64,000 bases of DNA from Macrostomum hystrix (taxonomy: Eukaryota > Animalia > Platyhelminthes), in the NCBI GenBank assembly GCA_950097015.1, contig CATNEN010000039.1, forward strand, positions 124,001 to 188,000, given 5' to 3'. Below the pieces are notes generated by a model that did not search any database, was not told where the DNA came from, and saw only the letters and a list, made by a program, of their open reading frames with translations. The translations under genes and the position numbers were made by a program. Below are positions 36,101 through 49,200 of the stretch, one piece after another (the first letter of the stretch is position 1; each line of letters begins with the position of its first letter).

Positions 36101-36681
36101 GGATGACGTGGATATGAAGGCTGTGGATCATGCAGAGATGAAGGCGGTGGATGACAAAGAGCCGAAGGAGATGGAATGCGCAGGTCTGAAGGTAGCGGAT
36201 GATGCATAGTTAAAGGCAGTGGATAACGCAGAGTTGAAGAAAGTGGGTTATGCAGAAATGAAGGCGGAAGATGTCGTAGGGATGAATGAAGGGGATGACG
36301 TGGATCTGAAGGCTGTTGATGATGCAGAGCTGAAGGCGACGGATAATTCCGACTTGAAGGAACCAGATTATGCATAGATGAAGGTGGATTATGCGGATCT
36401 AAAGTACATTGCAGCGGAGCCACTGAGGAACTGGTTGATACACCCGAGCACAAAGAACGTGAAGTCGTTGGTTGCATCGTGGATAAACCTTGATGCCTCG
36501 CCTTATGAAATAGCAAGTCCTCCACAGGAATTTGACGCTGGTAAGGCTGGTGCTGATAATACTGTTGATGGAAGCTCTGCTGTAATGCATGCTGCTGGGG
36601 CTCAGTAACAGCCATGCCAAAGAATGGGGGAGGCTCCTCTTTTTGTTGCTGTTTCTGCATAGCTGAACTGGCTTCGCTGAC
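33195..36681 (-). CDS. MEP-1-like multi-C2H2 zinc-finger protein (Mi-2/NuRD partner family)
   Basis: Exons 36681(ATG 36660)-35375, 35223-34744, 34275-33481 and 33375-33195, all phase-2 GT-AG. FLFDTGLALVQ helix followed by CRSCSF...HYQRGH, CSFCFF...RHLPIC, CELCNG...HLAAAH and CPDCGRGFVTRYGLEVH, in the order recalled for MEP-1. Further 5' exons possible. Confidence 0.8.
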
Positions 36682-37692
36682 CTTAGAGGCACAAGAAGTT
36701 ACAGAAATTAACAAGCAGACGACTGAAATTCAAAGGATGAGATCCAATATAGATTTATTGAATATTTGGTTCCCAGCAAGCTTTCACAAGATCTAATTTT
36801 TTTCACCTTACACCTGAAGGTAAGGGAAAGGTAAAGGAATGAGCTGCAACTATTTCAAATTACTATTTTTAGTAACCAATAAATTCGTAATGTTTATCTG
36901 AATACAAGCTTTAAGGCGGCAGATGAAGCAGAGATAAAGATGGATGACGTGGATTAAAAGGACGGGAATAAAGTGTGCGAATTCGCAGAAGTCTGCGAAT
37001 GATGCTGATGCAGAGATGAAGGCGGTGGATGATAAAGAGCCGAGGGAGGAAAACAGCGCAGGTCTGGAGGTAGCCGATGACACAGATCAAAAGGCAGCGG
37101 ATAATGCAGAGCGAAACGCAGTGGATAATGCAGAGTTACAGGTAGTGGGTTATGCAGAGATGAAAATGAAGATGACAGATATTGCACAGATGAATGAAGA
37201 AGATGACGATATGAAGGGAATGAAAGGGATTATATACATACTAAAATATAGATGACATGATAACACATAGCATTAATAACAAAAAAAATTTGTTTTTTTA
37301 TCTGCTGTTTTGTCTAAGAAATAGCATAAATACAGTGAACTATAAAGGAAAGAACTGTTAACATTTTTCTTGTGATATTCAAATAAAAATTAAAGTGTTC
37401 CTTAGTTCCTTACAAAAAACTGGAGATGAATACAAAAAAATTCAAGAGAGAAAGAGACAAAAACAGAAGCATTGATGTACATATACTTAAGATCAATGGT
37501 AACACTTTGGAAAGCCTGTAAAAGTTCCCAGAAATACTTTTTGCAATGAGTAATTGGCCAGAATAAGTAAATACACTACAATACATCTAAAAATCCTACC
37601 TACTTAATACTATTTGTAAAATATTTAATATAGAATGATAATACATTCAAACATACAGAAAACTTATTACAATTAATTTTATAATAAACAAT

Positions 37693-37973
37693 CATACATG
37701 CGCAACCTCCCAAATCTTAGCCGGCCGTGCGACTTAGTTTTTGCTCTCATTTGCGACTTAGTTTGTTTCATTGCTCTATTTACGACTTAGTTTGCTCTCA
37801 TTTGCTCTCTTTTTCTCTCCCCTTTTTCCTTTTTTTCACGCCTTCCTTTTTTGTCCCTTGGTCCCCCCTTTGATTTTTTTGCGCTTGGTTGATTGGTTTT
37901 TGCGACTTACCTTGCTTGGCCCTCGTTTCACCCGGCCGGTTCGGCTGGGTCGGCCGGGTGTTGCGCATTTATG
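37693..37973. mobile_element. MITE, 281 bp, 9-bp TSD
   Basis: TIR CATACATGCGCAAC / GTTGCGCATTTATG; flanking ATAAACAAT duplicated (37684-92, 37974-82); internal CGACTTAG repeats. Confidence 0.75.
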
Positions 37974-38649
37974 ATAAACAATTCTAAGAACAACTTTGTT
38001 TAAAATTCATCAATGAATAATTGTAATGAGATCCTATCACAAAAGTAGTAAAATAAGTGAAAAAAATTCATAAACTCAAAAAAGAAAACTGCCCTACATG
38101 TTTTGAACCAAAATACACTTCATAAATATGGTGCCAAAGAATAAAAAACTTTACTATATACTGTTTTTAAAGTGCAAGACTATATGAGTCACTCATCTGA
38201 GCTGATGTGCTATATAAAAAAATTATTGGCACTATACACTAAAAAAGTATACCGCTCCTGCAGATACAGTTGATACCCCAACAAATTGTTTTGACATTGT
38301 TTCTGACTATCGATGTGTATGTAAGTCAATTGTGCAATAAAAACACTCATCTTAAAGAACTGTTACATAAATTTTTAAAAAAGTAAAAAAAGACTTTAGC
38401 TCTGAATTATTCATCACTTTTATCCTCATTCTTGAGTTAATGCTGATTTCAGACCTTCCACTGATTGTCATGTGCGTTTTTTTAACTGTGCAAACGAGTT
38501 AACTTATCTTGTACTGTAAACTAAAAATACACAAGTTTCAGTGCCTCTTAAATTGCCTCTTAAATAACTTTAAGCTTAGTTACGCATTGTAAATCTTGTT
38601 TTTCATGTCTTCATCTTTAGGAATGCTATTTGTCACATGACAATTGCCT

Positions 38650-39540
38650 CAAGTGGATACTGCATTTTGACTTTTGCGAAAGCAAAAGAGCTGTGGTCCA
38701 TTACACTATAGATACCAAACACAATAAATCAGCACAGTGCTCATGTCTACAATCTATCTAATATTTTGGTGCCTAGATGTATTTATGCCACATGCCAACT
38801 TTATCTGCAGCAGATAGAAAAAGGCAAATGGGCTGATTCACCTCCTATGTTTGACATCATGGATGCCAGGCCACTGCCTGTGACCAGATCTGAAACCAAT
38901 GATAGATGCAATTGTAAGATATGCAGCACTGCTTGGTCCAGAGTCTATCCTGCAGCACCTAGTGTCCCTAAGCAATTGTTTGGGGGGCCAGGGCTATGTC
39001 TGCAGAAGTTGAAACTGTTGAGCCTAAAGCCACTAAGATATGTTCCTTCTGCATGAGCCCCATTGGAGAGAGTATTACACACATGTGTAACAGAAAAAGG
39101 AGGCTAGCAAATGCCAAGTCTTTGATTCAAGCAGCCTCCCTGAAGTTTTCCAAATAGTTTACATCCTCATTTGTTCAACAGAAGCCTTTGTCATCTGCCA
39201 CAGAATACTCTGTGGGGAGCGTCATCTAGCTGGCATTGATTGATGGGTGTCCAATGCAGTTGGCAGTGAATCCACAATCTGACATGCAAATGGCAGTCTT
39301 TATGGCAAAGGATATGTGCCATCTGCAGAGTGAATTAAGCTTGAGTTCATTCAAGATGAATATCATACTTTATAAGCCTCAACCTACAATTGGCACATTG
39401 AGTGTTCAGAGCAACATTTGGGAAAAAACTAATGGAAATGGATCATCTGCTAGATGACTTATTTGAAGTGAAGCAGGTACCATTTATCCAAGAAAAAGGG
39501 AAAACTGTTTCTAGCTCAGAAATGGGCTGTGTTGTGTACT
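38650..39540 (+). pseudogene. Decayed DNA-transposase N-terminus, possibly Chapaev/CMC-like
   Basis: Cys-rich VPRCIYATCQLYL...RSETNDRCNCKICS...ICSFCMSPIGESITHMC and LDDLFEVK. Many stops; interrupted by a mariner at 39545. Confidence 0.4.
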
Positions 39541-39544
39541 AATA

Positions 39545-40845
39545 TGAGGGCTGCTCAATAAGTTTATGGAAAAACATAGTTCTAGGCATTATTTTTAGGA
39601 GCTTTTTTAGGAAATGATTGGGAATATGTTGAGACAGTATGCCTAAAATTTCAGCTTGCTGCATTTCCATCACTTGCAAGAGAGCCCAGACTGACAAGAA
39701 CCAGGACCCACCTCCAAGCCTGACCTGGCGTGACAAGGGAGCCATGCTGCTGCTGCTTTTCCCTTGGGAAATTATCTATCCCAGTGCCTGCAGATGCTTC
39801 AAATGGCGCTTGGAAGTGAAGCCCCAAGTTTTGTACAAGTGGCACGCTTGTTTTCAGACTGGTGCATTCAGTCTTGATGATGATCCACGCGAAGGATGTC
39901 CGAATTCAGCAATCAGCCATCACGCCTACAACTGTGGCTGCCACCAGGCGTCTGCTTGACAAAGACAGACATGTGACCACTTGTGAGCTCATGCAGAATG
40001 TGGGGGTGTCAGATGGCACCATGAATTCCATTCTGCACAATCGACTTGGCATATGCAAGCTGTACGCCAGATGGGTACCCCATTAGCTAACTGCCAAGCA
40101 CAGGGCAGCCCAAGTCAGTTTCTGCCAGTCTACGCTGTGTCAGTTCAACACAGGAGCCTCATTGCTGGTGTCCAATGTGCTAACAGGTGACGAAACCTAG
40201 ATCTACTTTTACGATCTAGAAACTAAAGCTCAGAGTTGGCAATGGGTTGCTGATGGTAAAGAAGTGATAGTGAAATTCGCACAATAATGCAGTGTTGAGA
40301 GAGTGATAGTCACAGTTTTCTTCTGTCACTGTGGTATTCTGCCGCCTGTGGTGCTGGACAAGGCTGCCACAGTGACAGCAGAGTGGTACACAACCAGATG
40401 CCTCACTGAAGTGCTGCGATTGCTTTACAAACAGCAGCCAAAGACCAGAGATTGGCACATCATCCTGCACCTTGATAACGCACTGGCACACAAGGCCCAA
40501 GTGACGTCAGAGTTTTTGTTGGTGACAAACCTATTGTGCATCCGCCATATTTACCTGATCAGGTGCCTTGTGATTTCTTCCTCTTTCCAAAATTAAGCGC
40601 AATTTGAAAACGAGGTGTTTTTACACCCAGGAGGAGTTGCTGAATGTGATGGAAGGCAAATTGGCAAAAATCAACAGAGACCATTTAAAGGGCATGTTTT
40701 TCTGTGTGGTTTAACAGGATGAAAAAGTGCTTGGATTGTGATGGCAGATATTTTGAGAAGTGTTAAGATCTCTGTCTAGTAAAATTTCATGCTAGTTTGA
40801 TATGCTAAAATATGTTTTTTCTGGAACCTTATTGAGCAGCCCTTG
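39545..40845 (+). mobile_element. Full-length degenerate mariner (~1.3 kb)
   Basis: TIR (T/C)RAGGGCTGCTCAATAAG with TA flanks; transposase remnants ARWVPH*L, GDET*IYFYD, LHLDNALAH, CDFFLFP. Confidence 0.9.
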
Positions 40846-41232
40846 TATTGTCAGTATATGACAACAGTTGGTACTAGCGTATACCATTCTGCTGGGGCAC
40901 TTGATCCTGAATTGCCAGCTCAGAGATTTGGACTCAACTATACTTAATCAATCAGCAATTCAAAAAACACTGAGTGCATTGTCTTGTTATCCTGGGCATA
41001 ACTGCTAACACAAGGTGCCTGGTTTACAACATGCAATGTTGTAATGAGAATCATGGGCCTAGAAACTTTATAGGCAATGCAAGCTATAAGCTGCTTTGAA
41101 GTTTAAACCTTGTCTCAATGTGCCCATTGGCAGCACCGCCATTTGTTGCTGCACTATGGGCCTTGAACTTTGCACAGATTTTTCCACCAAATAGTATATC
41201 TTGTTTTGGTGAAGGGTGAAAATAAATAGTTA

Positions 41233-41875
41233 GGGTAATGTATCATCAACCGAACAATGTATCTTCAAAACCGAACAAGAATTTTGACTCCTTCCTTGGT
41301 CTTGTGCAAGATAGAAAAAAGCTATTGTGTTTCACAGAACAACTAATTTGAAAGTTGAAGAAATTATCTTCAAGCTGAGGCATGATGTGCAATGAAGCAT
41401 TAAGAGGAAAGAAAGATATTGATGTTTCAGTAGAATTTTTGATTGCAAAAGCATACTTTTTAACAACATTTTTTCAGTATGTACTTTAGACTAAGATTGT
41501 ATGTGGTTGCTTGCCAATTAAATGACCATAAATGTAGTTATTTATAGAGCATGAAAAATGCTTTCAAATGACATAATTCATGATAGTTAACTCCTTAAAA
41601 TAAGATTAAACCACTCACTCAAATTTTAAAACCAAACATCAAATTCTCTGTTTGGTTTGAAGATACATGAAAATCATTGTTCGGTTTTAGAAAAAAAGCA
41701 GGAATAACTTTTTTTCTATTTGATAAAATAGCAAAAGCAGATACTTTTTAGAAAGATGTAACTGTTTTCTATAACTTGGCTTTTGATTTATCATCATATC
41801 TTAAATAGAAAATCTGTAGCTTAGGTTTGAAGTTAAAAAAATACACATTCTTGTTTGGTTGATGATACATTACCC
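41233..41875. mobile_element. MITE with TA flanks
   Basis: TIR GGGTAATGTATCATCAACCRAACAA at both ends; internal partial copies of the TIR motif. Confidence 0.8.
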
Positions 41876-42240
41876 TAGTGCTAGCAAATGTTGATAATAT
41901 TTAATAACATACATAATGCATTGTGTGTGAAATTGAAGTTATGGCATAGAGAATGTTTTAGGTATTAATATTTTATGGTAATCAACAGACAAAGCTTGAC
42001 ATATTTTCAGTAAGCTATAACAACTTTTATACACTTTTACTGTTATGTCAAAAAAATTATTGTGTTAAATTTTGATTTTGATAGAATGAGTCACTAGGCA
42101 TTGAGTCAACCCTATTGTGCAGCTGTTATACTGCTAGACTTATTCAAAAGCCATCTAGATGACTTGGGACCATACCACATACACCTACATGTGGTATAAT
42201 TTTAAAGGAAAATAATGCATTGAACTAGACAAAAGTCAAT

Positions 42241-42666
42241 GGTACCTGGACACTTCGTCATCTTACAACTTCGTCATCCAGATGACGATCTGTCTAATAT
42301 CTCAGAGGGGGGATTACGAAGAGACTTAGACTAGTGGACACTTTGTCATCTATAAAACAAAAGTTTTCAAAGTTAGAACAGATCGAACCACCCCTCCCCA
42401 CCTCCTCACATCGTGTTGGCACCTATCTTTCAACTCTTATAATGAAATCAGATTTGACACCTCTTTTTGACAATTTAGAGTGTGAAGTGTGTTCACACCT
42501 CTGCCCCACCACCCCACCCTCACTTTATTGATGACGAACTTGATTGCTTGTTATTAGTAGATGACGAACTGACCAAACTTTAAAGCATGCCAATTGGCTG
42601 GATGACGAAGTATCCTACCTTCCAAGTGGATGACGAAGTTGTAAGATGACGAAGTGTCTAGGATCC
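42241..42666. mobile_element. MITE, GG...CC ends, 8-bp TSD (Merlin/MULE-like)
   Basis: ~40-bp TIR GGWWCCTRGACACTTCGTCATCTTACAACTTCGTCATCCA; TSD AAGTCAAT at 42233-40 and 42667-74; internal GATGACGAA repeats. Confidence 0.85.
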
Positions 42667-45124
42667 AAGTCAATAGGCCTTATAAAAGGAAATGTAAAAG
42701 AAAAGAGAAAAAATAGATTCAGGCCTATTTTACTGCTTGAATTAAAAAATGGCATACAGGCAATACAATACAAAGCATCGAAAAAATTGTTTAAATGCTC
42801 CTCTAGGACTCTAGCCTTCACGCTGTAGGCTGCACTGGCTTAGCACAGAAAATAGGGTTAGTCAAAGCTATGGTTGGGCTGGTCATAGTCTATTCTGCTT
42901 TATCAGGGTAAGGTCAGTGGAGCAGCAAGGATTCCAGTTCCTTGCTTTAACTTTCTGCTTTAAAGAAAAAGGCAAACGCGTTCATCTGCTACTTATTACT
43001 GGTTTTAAGGTGCAGCAGCATTGCAGCCACAGACTTAGGCTGACTACCGTGTCAACACGGGTGCACAGCTAGTTAGAATCACTAGGCCTTCATCGCCGGA
43101 AACATCAATTCGCAATAGCATCGTTAACTATACCTATTTATTTAATTTGCAAACGCTTCAATGCGTCGCGCTTCAAATGCTGAGTCAAATTTCGCACATC
43201 ATTTTTGTTATTAATTACTTTCGTAAAAAGTGTGATATATGCGTGAGCATGAGGTATGGATATGTAGATGTGTGTAGACTGCATAATATACGTCTATACT
43301 TCCAGTACCAGAACCAGTGTAATAAAATGAATGTCCTAGCTGGAGCGTGAGGAATTTGAAGCTAGCGACTATTCACTATTCACCGGGGTCGGTGTCCTAC
43401 CAATCGTTTCAATAGCAGCAGGGAATCTGGAATTAAATAGCGTTAGAGACTGCGGTAGCGAGCGAAGCGGAATAGATAAGCGATGAGACCCGCGTGTCCC
43501 TCCGGCCCGGCGAAACTCCCAATGAAAAAGAATAACACAGTATGAACGCGAAGACTCGAATAATTTGATTAGGAGTGAGTTAATCGACTGTGACTAAGAT
43601 TCCAGATACGAATAGGAATTACTTTGAATATCGTTTACTTGACTTAAAAGTTATACCGACAGAATAGATGTTCACACGGAAATAAATTATAGCGCGCTCA
43701 CCGTGAGAAGCAAGTCTGGTCTAACAATTTGGATATAACAATTTTACTTAACTGGCCTCTACATCCGCGCCCTACTCTTCCCGAGAGGCTCCGGTTGTCT
43801 CTGCTTTCAGCGCTGCCCCGACAGATCCTATCGGTTGGCACTCCTTCTGCCTGACGGCGGAGTCTCCGGAAGAGAGCACGTACTGACTTCGACAACAAGC
43901 GCCTATCTAGACCACCCTTGTCAGCGGCGCACTCTCAAGACGCGTAGCGCCGAAAGCTACCTAACTGAACAAGCGGAGTGTGATCGGGCGGGGAGGGACA
44001 AAACAAGAGGACTATAGTTTGCACGTGCTTCTCACAGTGTGAGGCGAATTGCGGAGAACGATAATTTGCACGTGCTTCTCACAGTGTGAGGCGAATTACG
44101 AAGAAAAAGATAATTTGGACTACAAAAACACGCTTCGTTATATAGAGTCATTTTAACCCCAAATTAGGTCGATCGGCGAGGTGGATGCCTGGCTGTAGCT
44201 TGAGCCAAGGCGACAAATCGCAGTAGACTTGCGACCGCCGTTCTGAGCCCCGGGGTCGCTTCTTGCCGAGGGTAGACAGGTAGTGAGGCCGGGTCGCTCG
44301 CTGATTGGCCGGGACCGTAGCCCAGGGGTAGCGCTCGCGGGGTGGTGGGCGTCCGTTCCCCCAGCTGGTCCGGCCCGGCTTGGCGTGGGTGAACTCTTAG
44401 CAAAATACACGTGTCTAAAAATAAGTACTGAATAAAAACACGGGCAAACAAGCTGACACTACACCAGTACCAGAAAAAGTTATGTTCTAGGCAACAAAAA
44501 ATTGCCAAGCAACAGATAGAACTACTTCTAACAGTACTTAAATACTTTTTTACAGAGTTGACTTGTTGTTATTACAAAAAATACAGAATTGACATATTAT
44601 TTTGAAACAGTAAGCTTTTGGCAATTTGTTCATTTTTAGCTGCACTTCTTGGTGCATCCATCCAGCTATCGCCTTGCTGCGTACTCGGCACAGCAGCGGG
44701 CGTAGCCGTTGGAAAGCACAAAGTTCGGAACTCGGTATCAGCGGATGTTACTAGTTAACTTTCGCATAAATACAGACAGACGAATACACCACAGCTAATT
44801 AGACCATCAGACTGCAATGATCTCAACATTGATTTATTTTTATACGTACCAAAATTTCTGGCATGTCTTCGCGAATACTGGTTGTGCTTTTGATTAGGTT
44901 TTGCCATAGTTGTATAAAATGTTTTGGTATGACCATGATAAGCTAGATTGTCCAATCGGCGCTCGCTGATTGGGTGTAAACACTCACCCCAGACACCCCA
45001 GACGCCTTGAACTGGGTTGTATTTCAGCCGGCGCCCGCGTACTGCCAAGCCTTGTCTCTTCGCGCTGCGAAGTGAAATTCGCGGAGTGAAATTTTTTTAC
45101 TGCAATGGCTGAGCTTTCTAATTG

Positions 45125-45769
45125 ACCGCGGCAGGCTTCTGGTAGCCGATGGCAGAGCCACAGTGGATGGAGAGGTGGTCCCAGTCATTCAAGGGGACAC
45201 AGAACTTTATCGTGTCAGGCGAGTTACCTCCGCCTGCGACATTGAGATAGCACCCCGTTCTGAATCACTGATTCCCAGCCGCGTGCTGCATGCTGATCCC
45301 GGAGTTCCAGGGATTCTAGGACCTCGCCTTTTTCGAACCGAGGGGGAATGTATGGTCGCCCGATCTCTGGACAATGTTTCTGATGGCCGCCATGTCCTAG
45401 TTCGTCTGCTAAACAGTGAGGACCAGCCCGTCGCCATTAGAAAGGGTCAGGAAATCGCCTCTTTCCAGAGCATTGGCCCTGATGAAGTAGTGTCTGAAAC
45501 TCAGCTCCAAGAGAAGCATTTTACAACTGAGAACGTAGGTAACTTAGTCAGGCTAGTGGAGAAGCTCCCGCCCCCAGACGAAAGGACTAGGGAGTGGCTG
45601 AGAAATCAATTTCGTCTCGATCAGGCCAAGCTATCGCCTGTCCAAATGGCCACTACTATGAAGCTGCTCAATTATTTCAAGAGTCAGATATCAAAGTCGG
45701 ACACAGACCTAGGCCATACAACCCTAGTGGAAATGGAAATAGAACTGAAGGACCCAACCTGTCGCCCCG
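45125..45769 (+). mobile_element. Gypsy pol fragment (protease-RT linker)
   Basis: IEIAPRSESLI...VLVRLLNSEDQPVAIRKGQEIA...SKSDTDLGHTTLVEMEIEL..CRPV, truncated where the next LTR begins. Confidence 0.7.
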
Positions 45770-46190
45770 TGTTGAGGTCGGTAGTCTTCACTGGTGAGGA
45801 CTGCGTGCTTTCTGCTGCTGGTGTCGCTCGCTCGCTACCGTTGCGGACGACCGCGGGCATCCGGCGGATCGTAGGCTGGCCGGAAATCTGCCAGAGTCGG
45901 CTCTGACCTGTCTCGCGGCCCTTGCCTTGTCAGACCGCCTGCGACCGCTGACGACTGCTGCGTGTCGTCAACCGGGCCATAGATGTGCGTCGCTCCGCCG
46001 TCACCGAGCCAGTCGTCACCGAGTCAGCCGTCACCGAGCCAGTCGTCACCGAGTCAGCCGTCACCGAGCCAGTCGTCACCGAGTCAGCCGTCACCGAGTC
46101 AGCCGTCACCAATCAACCGCAAAGTCGGCCGCATGCACACTCTAGCACTTCGGAGACAGCCAGTCTGCCTGAGATCACGTGGTGACCCCG
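45770..46190 (+). mobile_element. Probable LTR plus PBS of another LTR retrotransposon
   Basis: TG at 45770 and CA at 46177, followed by TGGTGACCCCG (tRNA-Trp-type PBS) at 46180. Contains a 15/30-bp tandem repeat at 45998-46110. Partner LTR not found. Confidence 0.55.
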
Positions 46191-46227
46191 GGGTGCATGC
46201 CATCTGCGGCAAGCATGAGAGCACCGG

Positions 46228-49200
46228 TGTGGTGACGTGGCTCTGTTTGCGGCTGGCTAAGGCAGGTGTGTTGTGCACCTGCGCGGCACGTATCCAATTT
46301 TGGAATGTACGTGTGTTGATGTACGTGCTTTTAAACCTTCTATCCAATGTGCATGCGTGGAGTCTGCTATCGATTTTATAAATAAAATAAAATATAAAAG
46401 TCGCTGTGTCATCGCGTTTGGTAGTAGAGTTCGTTCTACAATCTTAAGTGAAGTCTTTACAGTGGCGACGAGAAATGAGCCTAGTTGGCTCTATTGAACC
46501 CTTTGAAGAGGGGACAGAAAAATGGCAGCAGTACCAGGAAAGACTGGAGCAGTTTTTCGAGGCCAATGATATCAAAGATGAGAAAAAGCGCGCCGTTCTC
46601 CTCAGTGTCTGCGGCAAGAAGACTTACCAGCTAATAGCCAGCCTGCTAGCTCCTGGTACTCCGGCTGCAAGCAGCTATGCAGACATCTGCGAAACGCTGA
46701 AGAATCACTTCGACCCCGAGCCACCCGAGATCGTTCTGCGCTTCCGTTTCTACACCCGAAGTCGCCGTGCCGGCGAGTCAATTGCTGACTTCCTCGCCGA
46801 CCTTCGCAGACTGGCCAGGGACTGCAACTTTGGCAGCAGCCTGGACAGCATGCTCAGGGACAGGTTCGTGCTTGGCATCAACGACGACAACATCCAGCGG
46901 AGGCTGCTGTCAGAGCGGAAGCTTACGCTCGACACCGCACTGTCTCGAGCCCAGGCCGAAGCTTCAGCAGCCGAAGGGAACCTGATGGTGACCAAATCTT
47001 CGGCCAGCCAGGAGGCCTTCCAAATCGCCAAGCAGCCGGTCGCTAAGCGCTGTTTTCGGTGTCTCTCGCAGCGGCACGCGGCTGCCAAGTGCCCCTTCGT
47101 TGACAAAAAATGCTTCAATTGCTCGAAGCTGGGCCACGCGGCTGCTGCCTGCAAGTCGCCGGCTGCCACAAATCGTCGGGGCGATCAGGCCGTCAGGGAG
47201 GTCGAGCTGGAAGAGGAAGAGACGCATTCACTGCACGTAATGGCTGAACGACGGAGAGGGAAGATTCCGCCGATCGAGACAACGGTGCTTATCGATGGCA
47301 CGCCGGTGCGCATGGAGATTGACACCGGCGCGTCGGTCTCACTCATTTCGTCGGACACCTTCCGCTCAGAGCTGCGAGGACGGCCCAAGCTTGAGCCCGC
47401 CAACGCCCACCTGCGCACGTATTCAGGAGAGCCTGTTCCGCTGCTCGGCAGAATCATCGTCCAAGTGCGGGCGGCTGGAGCGGCCAAGGAGCTTCCACTG
47501 CTTGTCGTCAACGGCTCAGGTTCGAACCTGATCGGCCGCGACTGGCTTGCTGACCTGCCTCTGGACTGGCGCAGCATCAAGCAGGTGACCAAGGACGGCG
47601 AGCACCCGAGAATCCGCGCCCTGCTTGACCAGTACGCCGATGTTTTTGAGCCCGGACTCGGTAAGTGCAATGGGCCACCTGTACGGCTGCACTTGAAAGA
47701 CGGAGCCCGGCCTCGATTTTTCAAAGCGCGCACCGTTCCCTTTGCTCTCAAAGCCAAGGTGGAGGCCCAGCTCGACAAAGAAATCGAGCAGGGCGTGCTC
47801 GTTCCCGTGAACAGCTCGGACTACGCATCGCCGATCGTGCCGGTCCTCAAGTCCGACGGCTCGGTGCGCATCTGTGCGGACTTTAAGCAGACGGTCAACA
47901 TCAACATCGAGCCTGACAAGTACCCGCTGCCACGCATTGACGAGCTTTTTGCCAAGCTGGCCGGCGGCCAAAAGTTCACCAAGCTCGACTTGTCGCAGGC
48001 CTACTCCCAGATGCCGCTTGACGAAGCAGCCCAGCAACTCTGCACCATCAACACCTCTAAGGGCCTGCTTCGGTATACCCGGCTGCCGTTCGGCGTCGCT
48101 CCAGCTGTCGGCATCTTCCAGCGGTACATGGACAGCCTGCTGCAGTCCATCCCGCATGTCGCCTGCTTCATTGATGATCTGATCATTACTGGTGCTGACG
48201 ACGGAAGCCATTTACGCTCCCTAGAGCTGGTGCTGCAGCGACTGCAACAGAGCGGTCTGCGCTGCGGCCTCGGCAAGTGCAACTTCATGCAGGAGAGCGT
48301 CTGCTACCTAGGCCACAGGATCGACGCCGCAGGCCTCCATCCGCTTCAGGACAAGGTGCGCGCGATCGTGGACGCTCCACCACCGCGGAATGTGACGCAG
48401 CTCCGCAGCTTCCTTGGCATGGTCAACTATTATGGCAAGTTCATGCCGAACTTATCTGCCGAGCTGGCATCGCTGCACCGCCTACTAGACCAGGGCGCCG
48501 AGTGGCGTTGGGGTGCCCCGCAAGACGCCGCGTTCAACAAGTGCAAGAAGCTCCTCAGTAAGGCGCCGGTCCTGGTGCATTTTGACGACAGCAAGCCATT
48601 GGTCCTGGAGTGCGACGCCTCGCCGTACGGCATCGGCGCTGTCATCAGCCACCGGATTAACGGCATCGACCAGCCGATCGCTTTCGCTTCACGCTCGTTG
48701 CACGACGCCGAGACAAGGTATTCCCAGTTGGACAAGGAAGCCCTAGCAATAATCTTCGGCGTAAAACGCTTTCACTCGTACCTGTACGGCCGGAAATTCA
48801 CACTCATCAGCGACCACAAGCCGCTGCTGGGGCTGCTGCATGAAGGCAAGCCGATTCCTGCGATGGCATCAGGCAGGATCCAGCGGTGGGCGCTTCTCCT
48901 GTCCGCCTACAGTTACACGATGGAGCACCGGTCCGGCCGATCGCTGCTGCGAGCGGACGCGCTGAGCCGGCTGCCGCTTCCCGAGAGACCGCGGGACGCA
49001 CCAGTACCAGCAGACGTGGTTCTCGTCATGGACATGCTGGACGAAGGACCGGTCACAGCCGGAGACATTCGAGTCTGGACCCGGAAGGACCCGGTCCTTT
49101 CCAGAGCGCTGCACTTCACCGAATGCGGCTGCTGGCCGGAGCAGACGAGCCCAGAACTGCAGCCGTATCGATCCCGACGCGACCAGCTCAGCGTGCAGGA

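Noticed and set aside
43380-44450. Specific LTR element call for this segment (and 50700-51900)
   Set aside because: It looks like retroelement non-coding DNA with a short tandem duplication at ~44018-44115, but no paired LTR, TSD or ORF could be fixed.
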